Shown here piece by piece: positions 11,041 through 19,131 of a stretch of DNA of 20,018 nucleotides. How positions within the stretch are numbered: the stretch's first letter is position 1; every line of letters starts with the position of its first letter. Source of the stretch: Octopus sinensis (lineage: Eukaryota); contig NW_021824030.1 of NCBI RefSeq assembly GCF_006345805.1, forward strand, positions 1-20,018. Reading direction: 5' to 3'. Below the pieces are notes generated by a model, which was given only the letters and a program-made list of their open reading frames with translations, searched no databases and was not told where the DNA came from. Position numbers and translations under genes: made by a program.

Positions 11041-11107
11041 ATATATCTATATATACACAGATATATATATATATACATAGGCATTTTTTTTTATAAATCT
11101 GTGTGTG

Positions 11108-11138
<31 letters not shown>

Positions 11139-11139
11139 G

Positions 11140-11177
<38 letters not shown>

Positions 11178-11219
11178 CTGTGTGTATATATTATATATAT
11201 GTATGTATGTATGTATGTG

Positions 11220-11284
<65 letters not shown>

Positions 11285-11860
11285 TTATTTACACATGTAG
11301 AATGTTGTACTTTGGGAAAAAAAAAGCAAGACCTATTGAAATTCATTCGTGTATATGCACATATTGCCGCAAACCGGAACCGATATGTGACATAAATCGA
11401 GTCGAAATGTCAATATTTTCAAATGTCGCTAATTATTGATCAAAGCTTGATATCTTGTAACCTTAAGCAATGGCTTATAGATGTTCGGCTTGTATTACTT
11501 TTATTGCACACAGACACATCTCTATATTTGTATAGAAATATCTATATATACACTCATACGTATATATATATATGTGTGTGTGTGTCTGTTACCGTTGTAC
11601 ATATATACACATGTATATCTGTATAGACGTACATACACATATATACATACAGAAATGCGTATATATGTATATACACACATATGTATACATATGCCCATAC
11701 ACATACGTTGATATATATATATATATTATATATATGCGTACATATATATATACATATATATATATGCGTACATGTAGGTACATATGTATGTACGTACGTA
11801 TGTATGAATGTGCATATACATATGCAAATATATATATACATATACATTCACACACACAAA

Positions 11861-11901
<41 letters not shown>

Positions 11902-11945
11902 TATATATATATATATATACATACACATGCACGCGTGCGTGTGTG
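10860..11945. repeat. Compound (TA)n/(TATG)n/(CA)n/(TG)n microsatellite field
   Basis: Direct inspection. A non-repetitive segment at about 11290-11510 lies within. Confidence 0.92.
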
Positions 11946-12344
11946 AGATTAGACATGACATAGAAGTCGTTCTTAGTTAAGGGAGGAAAAGCAGGATTAG
12001 TCTACAGGAATAATATTATCTGTATTATATAAAAATGTGATTTGTTACACTTGGCCATGTGTTTTAATCAATATAAGCTTGAGGAAAGAACGAGATCGCG
12101 CAACTGATGAAATGTACGTCGAATGAATGAGATACGCCCTATGAGCTTTTCAGTTGTAGATGTTAAAATGATTTTTATATTAACATGAATTAAATTAAGT
12201 AGGAGAGTATAACTTGTATATTTCGGTCTCAGGTCATTCTTAGCATTCAGGTGTCGTTAGAACAACTGAGTTCGTTGAGAAAATCAAGAAAAGAAAGGAA
12301 AATATGCATGTAAATGGTTTTCGTATTTAGATATTTGTAATTAG

Positions 12345-12850
12345 ATCCTTAAATCCTTAAAAATGTTTTAGCCCGAAGGCTGCGGCCATGCTGGGGCACC
12401 ACAGCTGAATGAGCTACACTAATATGTGAATCCACCTCTGATACGTGGCACTTGGTCAACAAGGGAGGGCGATACCGCTGCCCACATCTGTGTCTCCTGT
12501 CGTGAGGTAGGTTCATCTGGGACCCCGACAAGAAAAGATCTAGTTTAGTTTTAAAGAAACCCACATCCACACCATGCAAGTCTCAGGCATTTAGGGAGGA
12601 TGTTAAAGAGCTGTGGTCCTCTGAAACCCAAGCTGTTGCAGTATCTGGTCCAGTATTTTGATGGTGATGTTGGAATCTTTGGCACCATGCAGTGGCGCCC
12701 CGTTCTGCGGTTGGGGTAACTTTGAATGTCAAAGTTTGGGACAAGATCCTCCAGGATTTTCCAGATGTATATCACCGCATATCTCTCCCGCCTTCGCTCT
12801 AGGGAGAAGAGTTTTAATACTTTCAGTCTTTCCCAGTAGCTGAGATAGTT
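12345..12850 (-). mobile_element. 3' end of a 5'-truncated CR1-group LINE (CR1/L2/Crack-like): ORF2 C-terminus, 3' UTR stem-loop and 8-bp terminal repeat
   Basis: Minus strand encodes LSYWERLKVLKLFSLERRRERYAVIYIWKILEDLVPNF...SLGFRGPQLFNILPKCLR/(D)LHGVDVGFFKTKLDLFLSG/(V)PDEP...SLVDQVPRIRGGFTY*, a post-RT C-terminal pattern typical of CR1-group LINEs. The 3' UTR ends GGTGCCCCAGCATGGCCGCAGCCTTCGGGCTAAAACATTT then (TTAAGGAT)x2. Exact clade is uncertain. Confidence 0.88.
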
Positions 12851-13158
12851 ATAATAAGATGCAAGGAAGAAGAGAATTAGTTTGTTATGAAATACAGTTG
12901 GGGTGAGAGTTTCAGTTAGAGCCATAGTTGAAAAGGAGCTGAATTCCAAGGTGGTGGTCATATGACAATGAGGTGTCTGTTTATTTAAGGATAACCATGT
13001 GGTTTAGTGTTCTAAGAAGAATGGGAGGTTACAACAAAATTTAGGAAGTTCATTGCATAGAGAACCATATTAATGACCAGAGAAGGTAACGGATTAATGA
13101 ACAATCAGTAAATGTTTTTAGAAATTAAATAACTAAATAAAATATTTTAGAAAAATAC

Positions 13159-13165
13159 AATAATG

Positions 13166-13224
<59 letters not shown>
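13159..13224. repeat. (AAT)n microsatellite
   Basis: Direct inspection. Confidence 0.97.
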
Positions 13225-13225
<1 letters not shown>

Positions 13226-13268
13226 TGAATATGGATAATTTGGCATGTTATAGCGAATAATATATATT

Positions 13269-13670
13269 CTTACTCACTTTTACTCTTTTACTTGTTTCGG
13301 TCATTTGATTATGGCCATGCTGGAGCACCGCCTTTAGTCGATCAAATCGACCCCAGGACTTATTCTTTGTAAGCCTAGTACTTATTCTATCATTCTCTTT
13401 TGCCGAACCGCTAAGTTACGGGGACGTAAACACTCCAGCATTGGTTGTCAAGCAATGCTAGGGGGCCAAACACAGACACACGCATGATATATATACATAT
13501 ATATAAGACGGGCTTCTTTCAGTTTCCGTCTACCAAATTCACTCACAAGGCTTTGGTCAGCCTGAGGCTATAGTAGAAGACACTTGCTCAAGGTGTCACG
13601 CAGTGGGACTGAACCCGGAACCATGAGGTTCGTAAGCAAGCTGCTTACCACACAGCCACCCCTACGCCTA
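13269..13670 (-). mobile_element. SINE family A, full length
   Basis: Reverse complement is colinear with the 9661 copy from AGGCGTAGGGGTGGCTGTGTGG to GAAACAAGTAAAAGAGTAAAAGTGAGTAAG. Confidence 0.95.
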
Positions 13671-14223
13671 TGCGTAAGAATCAATCAAAACACTTTATGG
13701 ATAAAACAATCACCATACATGCTGATTATGTAAGCATGGGTGTTACAGACTGAACAGAAATCAGTGATCTGGTCGGCACTTTCCTTATTCAACAGACTCA
13801 AATGTAAATTCTCGATATTAAAAAGACTTCTATATAACATTGAACTGCTATTGTTACTGAATAATTGCAATCTTCAGACTGCCGAAAGTATCAGAAAGAT
13901 CCCTTAATTCTTTTCGAGGAATTTAGATTCCGTAATCACTCAACACAAATTAGACTTCCTGACTGGACGTTTTTAAATCATCAACTCTCCTTTTAAGGAA
14001 ACAAGAATGGGTCATTAAATTACATAAGCTGCTTACCTAACGACTCCAAAATATAATTAATAACCTTGTTAAAAACATTTCCCTTAAATCATTAAAATCA
14101 TTTATGAAGCAACACCTTATTACAATCAAGCCCTTAAAAGAGTGGGGACAAATGGAAAACTTACCACATAGGAGCCGGCACAAACCAATCAATCACAAAT
14201 AACAGTAACACTAGAAGCAGAAT

Positions 14224-14471
14224 AAGGCGGCGAGCTGGCAAAGGCGGCGAGCTGGCAGAATCGTTAGCACGCCGGGCGAAATGCGTAGCCGTATTTCGTC
14301 TGCCGTTACGTTCTGAGTTCAAATTCCGCCGAGGTCGACTTTGCCTTTCATCCTTTCGGGGTCGATAAATTAAGTACCAGTTACGTACTGGGGTCGATGT
14401 AATCGACTTAATCCTTTTGTCTGTCCTTGTTTGCCCCCTCTATGTTTAGCCCCTTGTGGGTGATAAAGAAA
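14224..14471 (+). mobile_element. SINE family B, full length, tail type X, with duplicated 5' end and target-site duplication
   Basis: AAGGCGGCGAGCTGGCA occurs twice at the 5' end. B box GAGTTCAAATTCC; central GCCTTTCATCCTTTCGGGGTCGATAAATTAAGTACCAG; tail CCCCTTGTGGGTGATAAAGAAA. Flanked by CAGAATA at 14218-14224 and 14472-14478. Confidence 0.95.
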
Positions 14472-14735
14472 CAGAATATACATGCATACATAAATAAAAA
14501 AACCCACACGCAAACACACACAAGCACGCACATAACGCGGGATAACACACCGTTGTAGCTAACCAAATATTCAGAACCTTTTCCCACCTCTATAGAAATC
14601 CTCTCTTACAGCAACGTTACGATAGACATTTCAAGAAAATCCCCATGAATTATCTTACTTTATCATACCAAATTTTGCAGAATTGCAAGAATCATCCCAT
14701 CTAAAAAGATAATCTCTATAACTATGGTTGTTACA

Positions 14736-15113
14736 GGAATCCAATGGCCCAGTGGTTAGGGCAGCGGACTCGCGGTCATAGGATCGCGGTTTCGATTCCC
14801 AGACCGGGCGTTGTGAGTGTTTATTGAGCGAAAACACCTAAAAGCTCCACGAGGCTCCGGCAGGGGATGCTGGTGATCCCTGCTGTACTCTTTCACCACA
14901 ACTTTCTCTCACTCTTACTTCCTGTTTCTGTCGTACCTGTATTTCAAAGGGCCGACCTTGTCACTCTCTGTGTCACGCTGAATATCCCCGAGAACTACGT
15001 TAAGGGTACACGTGTCTGTGGAGTGCTCAGCCACTTACACGTTAATTTCACGAGCAGGCTGTTCCGTTGATTCGGATCAACTGGAACCTCCGTCGTCGTA
15101 ACCGACGGAGTGC
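14736..15113 (+). mobile_element. tRNA-headed SINE, family C, apparently full length
   Basis: A box TGGCCCAGTGG and B box GGTTTCGATTCC in a tRNA-like head, about 300 nt of unrelated body, and two 3' hairpins (GTTGAT-tcgg-ATCAAC; CTCCGTC-gtcgtaacc-GACGGAG). GC-rich island in an AT-rich background. Confidence 0.75.
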
Positions 15114-16253
15114 TTCCATCCAACATGAAGCAGAGTAATTGCTCTTTAGACAAGTACGGAGTTAATGATATAATATTCCAATGTAATGTTACTTGTAGCC
15201 ATACATTATGCACGCACTCAAATATATAAGTTCCACTGCTACACCTTTTAAACTATGTTACAACAACCACACTCATACATTTAGAAAACTGAAACATCAC
15301 ACCCAAAATTCATTTGAGTGTGAACAGAAAGAATGCTACAAATGCTCTTAACTACACACGCAATTGGAAAATAGCATCCAAGTCACTATTATATGACGGA
15401 AAGAAGAGACCTTCCTAGTTATGCTGAAGATAGCCCTTAGCTATCACGTTTTCCAACGGCAATCTACTAAGCAAGCACAATAAAATGATTTCCGCGTGTG
15501 ACGCAGCTTCAGAACCCCATCTCTCTAATAAATCCGAACTTCAGTGTGAAGATAACAAGTATCCCACAACATAAACGTATTCAAGTCATAAAAAACCTTA
15601 CCAATAACATTGGTTTAATTATTCAAAATGACTCAACCATTGTTTCTATCTATACATTGTTCACTTTAACATTTTGAAACTAGCTATATGCTCAGATACA
15701 TGAAATGAATATATTTTAACGCTCACACAGCCGTTTATTGATCTTCCCAAATTGTTTTGTGATCTCACAGTCCTCTCAGAAGGGCCAGTATTTAGGACTT
15801 GTTTCGTGATGAAAAATTAGATGATGACAGACTGGATGATGAGAGATAAACCATTACCGAGATAAATCTTCTGTCTAACGCTGTTAATTTTAATCAATGG
15901 TTTCGCATATTTTCTTGTTGACAGCAGTGTACAACGATATTCCAGGTTTGTATTATAAATTGTTATCTTTTAGAAAATAGCCGGATACAGACAGATTTCG
16001 TCACTTCTCTCTGTCTTCTGCTACCCTCTGACGGATTCGGTATGAGTTCTGGCCTGGTTGTCATAATCATGAATGTACCATGAGCTAGTTAGTTTACTGG
16101 TGCCTATTCCTCTCCAAGTGCGTGTTAAACACGGGTACACCAAAAAGAAATCTGCTTACTTGTAGCCAATACACTTTATCTACTCGGAGTTGCCCAGTAT
16201 TTTCACTCTACATTAGTGCAAGTTAAACACGGGTACATTTAAGACGATCTACA

Positions 16254-16259
16254 ACTTAC
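16254..16259 (-). promoter_or_regulatory. 5' splice donor of the cadherin exon
   Basis: Minus strand CAG|GTAAGT, a perfect consensus donor. Confidence 0.88.
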
Positions 16260-16346
16260 CTGTAGTGAATACGTTACTGAGCCACCCGGGCCATTGTCGG
16301 GGTCGTATGTAGAGACGCTCTTTATGACGGAACCCACTTTTGTGTT
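16260..16346 (-). CDS. Internal coding exon (87 nt, 29 codons, phase 0/0) of a cadherin-superfamily gene; first half of an extracellular cadherin repeat, CDH23/CDHR1-like
   Basis: Minus strand reads ttttttctctccaacag|AAC ACA AAA GTG GGT TCC ... TAT TCA CTA CAG|gtaagt, with a strong polypyrimidine acceptor and a consensus donor. Translation NTKVGSVIKSVSTYDPDNGPGGSVTYSLQ contains the cadherin (E)N..vG.....V...DxDxGxxGxVxYS pattern with the DxD calcium motif. It matches 17/29 residues of the human CDH23 EC2 peptide as I recall it (NTPVGTPIFIVNATDPDLGAGGSVLYSFQ); not database-checked. Absent from the ORF track because it is short and has no ATG. Confidence 0.88.
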
Positions 16347-16378
16347 CTGTTGGAGAGAAAAAAGTGAAGTAGAAAGAA
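16347..16378 (-). promoter_or_regulatory. 3' splice acceptor and polypyrimidine tract of the cadherin exon
   Basis: Minus strand ttctttctacttcacttttttctctccaacag directly precedes the exon. Confidence 0.85.
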
Positions 16379-16420
16379 TTAATGATAAAATTAATTAACA
16401 ATTACTTAACAACATGTTAA

Positions 16421-16585
16421 TTTTGGTTTCAAATTCTAGAACAAGGTCAACAGTTTTGGGAGCTAGAGGATGTCGATTACATCGACCCCAGTGTTCAACT
16501 GGTACATGTTTTATCGATCTTGAAAGGATGAAAGGCAAAATCGACCTCGGCGAAAGTTGAACTTAGAACATAATGACGGGTAAAC
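16421..16585 (-). mobile_element. SINE family B, headless and diverged, tail type Y'
   Basis: gtcgattacatcgaccccagtg...ggtac...ttatcgatcttgaaaggatgaaaggcaaaatcgacctcggcg matches the family B core. Lies about 75 nt upstream of the cadherin acceptor. Confidence 0.85.
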
Positions 16586-16677
16586 AGTATATTAATCTAC
16601 CCCAGATACCCCAAAACTCAGCCTCATCAATCATCCATTTGGCATGGTTATATAACATATCAATCTAGGGTCCATGC

Positions 16678-16818
16678 CAATGATTTTCAACCTTTTTAAT
16701 ACGAGAGTCAATTAAAGAAAAATTTATTTATATTTATAGAAGGGAAGACTGTCAGGAGCTGCTGAAAGGATACTTGAGGGCTACATGTGGCCATGGAAAC
16801 CGCAGTGGAGAATTGTTG
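16678..16818. mobile_element. Possible degenerate hAT (Charlie-like) MITE
   Basis: Left end CAATGATTTTCAACC and right end GTGGAGAATTGTTG (10/14 inverted match). A subterminal GAGGGCTACATGTGGCC is typical of hAT ends. No clean 8-bp TSD. Confidence 0.35.
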
Positions 16819-16887
16819 ATGGAGGCCTTCGGTGGGGGAAATTCAAATCCATCAATGCATTTTAAATTCAAAACGTAAAGATCCGAA

Positions 16888-16954
16888 ACACACACACACA
16901 CTCTCTCTCTCTCTCTCCTCTCACACACACACACACACCACACACACAGAGGCA

Positions 16955-16985
<31 letters not shown>

Positions 16986-17180
16986 CACTCCCTCTCTCTC
17001 TCACACACACACACACACAGAGCACAGACTCATACATTACACATAGTGTTTATCGCCACTTTAACGTGGGTATTTTCTTAGAACCGATGGTACTGCTGCT
17101 ATACGCACACAAACACAAACACACACACGCACACACAAATACACACACACACACACACACACAACACACACTCTCTCTCA
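16888..17180. repeat. Mosaic (CA)n/(CT)n microsatellite
   Basis: Direct inspection. Confidence 0.93.
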
Positions 17181-17750
17181 CAAAGGGTGCACCGGGTATT
17201 TGGGAAACTGAATTTTGCTGGCCATTAATGGAAGACGATCTAACGTAATGTTATGCTGCATGCACCAAATCTAATCTTGTTTGCTCATCAAATGAAATAC
17301 GCATTGTGAGATAGGTGACCATATATGATTAGATTTGATTTTATTTCGAAAATTCTATGATGCTGATCGCATTATTGATTGTCGCAAAAGAAATAACAAA
17401 ATTAGAAAACAAAACCAGAAACAAAAAACAGTATTCGGAATTTTGAGAGCAGTTCTTAAAAATGGTTACTGGCTATCAGATAGCTATGGATATTCTGCAC
17501 ATTGTTTTAAAAAACAGGAATACACTGGAAGAGAGCCATGCGTACCATGTATTTTAAAAAATAGTGGAATACATTACCAGAGAGCTATGTGTATCCTGTA
17601 TTTAAAAAAAAATAGGAACTAACTTTGAAAGGGCTATGGGGTACCGTGTATTTTTTATAGTTAGAGTGTTATAGGTTCTCTGTATGTTTCAAAAATAAGC
17701 AGAGACTCTTGGAGAGCTGAAGACACCCTCTGTTTTTCAAATATTGATAC

Positions 17751-17866
17751 ACATTGGTTTCAAATTTTGGCAAAAGTGTATCAATTTCGGTGAAGGGGTT
17801 AAATCGACCTCGGCGGAATTTGAACTCAGAACGTGAAGACGAACGATTCTACCAGCTCACCGCCTT
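17751..17866 (-). mobile_element. SINE family B, internally deleted, tail type Y'
   Basis: Retains head (aacgattctaccagctcaccgcctt), B-box region and tail (attggtttcaaattttggca). The central domain is removed between TCGA microhomologies. Confidence 0.8.
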
Positions 17867-17873
17867 AAATATT

Positions 17874-18259
17874 TATCTCTTTATTGCCCACAGGGGACTA
17901 AACATAGAGGGGACAATCAAGGACAGACATAGGGATTAAGTCAATTAACTGGTACTTATTTAAACGACCCTGAAAGGATGAGAGGCAAAGTCGACCTCGG
18001 CGGAATTTGAACTCAGACGAAACACCTATTTATTTACTACACACAAGGGGTTAAACATAGAGGAGACAAACAAGGACAGACAAACGGATTAAGTCGATTA
18101 CATCGACCCCAGTGCTTAACTGGTACTTAATTTATTGACCCCGAAAGGATGAAAGGCAAAGTCGACCTTGGCGGAATTTAAACTCAGAACGTAACGGTAG
18201 ACGAAATACCGCTAAGCATTTCGCCCGGCGTGCTAACGATTCTTCCTGCTCGCCGCCTT
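17874..18259 (-). mobile_element. SINE family B dimer: full monomer (18027-18259) fused to a headless second monomer (17874-18026), tail type X
   Basis: Two tandem copies of the B box, central domain and tail with one head. Junction gacgaaacacc|tatttatttactac on the + strand. Confidence 0.9.
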
Positions 18260-18636
18260 AAATATTGATACGTATTGTTAGAGAGTTATGGGTACCTTGT
18301 ACTTTTCAAAACTAGGTACACACAGTGTCAGAGAGCTACGGGTTTTCTGTATATTTAAAAAGAGATATAGGCTGTCAAAAAAGCTAAGAGTACTTTGGAC
18401 ATTTCAGAGAAAGGTAGAGGCTGCTAAAGTGCTATGGGTACCCTATAATTTACAAAAATAGGCCTAACCTGTCAGAAAGCTATGGGTATTCTATATTTCT
18501 TAGAAAAGAGCTATGATTATCGTGTATTCCTTTGAAAACAAGTGTTGGTGTTCTGTATTTTAAACACTATGTCAAACATTTATGGGTACCCTGTAATCTG
18601 AAGGTTATGTTTGTTCTGTATTATTAGGTTCAGAAT

Positions 18637-18841
18637 AAGGCAGCGAGCTGGAAGAGTCGTTAGCACGCTGGGCAAAATGCTTGGCGGTATTTCGTCCGTC
18701 TTTACGCACTGAGTTCAAATTCTGCTGAGATGGATTTTTGCTTTTCATCCTTTCGGGGTCGATTAAATAAGTACCAGCTAAGTACTGGGGTTGATGAAAT
18801 TGACTCCCGAAATTACTAGCCTTGTGCCAAAATATGAAACC
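18637..18841 (+). mobile_element. SINE family B, full length, tail type Y'
   Basis: AAGGCAGCGAGCTGGAAGAGTCGTTAGC...GAGTTCAAATTC...TTTCATCCTTTCGGGGTCGATT...GCCTTGTGCCAAAATATGAAACC. Direct repeat ATTATTAGGT at 18620-18629 and 18842-18851 is a probable TSD. Confidence 0.9.
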
Positions 18842-18985
18842 ATTATTAGGTACACAATATGTTAGGGAGTTACAAGTGCACTGTATCTTTGGTAGGGAAT
18901 ATGGTTCCCTATATCCTAGGAACAGACAATATCAGAGTGCTGTGATAGCTCTGTATTATTTGGTACAATGGTGCATTGGTTAAGT

Positions 18986-19131
18986 GGAGGCGCGTGGCTT
19001 AATGGTTAGGGTGTTGGACTCAGAACCGTAAGATTGTGGTTTCTATTCCTGAACCGGGCGACGTGTTGCGTTCTTGGGGCAAAGCACTTCATTTCACGTT
19101 GCTCCAGTCCACTCAGCTGGCAAAAATGAGT
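18986..19131 (+). mobile_element. tRNA-headed SINE, family D (head like family C, different CORE-like body), 3' part missing or unrecognised
   Basis: GGAGGCGCGTGGCTTAATGGTTAGGG...GGTTTCTATTCC..ACCGGGCG then GTGTTGCGTTCTTGGGGCAAAGCACTTCATTTCACGTTGCTCCAGTCCACTCAGCTG. Confidence 0.7.

Noticed and set aside
5498-11980. Many [14 protein letters not shown] ORFs in the track
   Set aside because: These arise from (TA)n, (TATG)n and (CA)n repeats that lack stop codons.
14168-14213. Minus-strand candidate exon ending at a GTAAGT donor (LLLFVIDWFVPAPM)
   Set aside because: The acceptor is weak, the 46-nt length is incompatible with a simple phase-0 continuation, and the peptide is not cadherin-like.
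14736-14810. tRNA-like sequences with A and B boxes (also at 7788, 9661, 14224, 18637, 18986)
   Set aside because: They lack a complete acceptor stem and cloverleaf and continue into repeated bodies, so they are SINE heads, not tRNA genes.
16024-16120. Minus-strand frame containing HDYDNQARTH, reminiscent of cadherin LDYE
   Set aside because: No F.I...G motif, no acceptor or donor, and an in-frame stop shortly after; probably chance.
17335-17622. 95-aa ORF, and the 48-bp unit being a multiple of three
   Set aside because: Unit lengths vary (31, 35, 48, 49, 50, 52 nt), breaking the frame; there is no splice or domain support.
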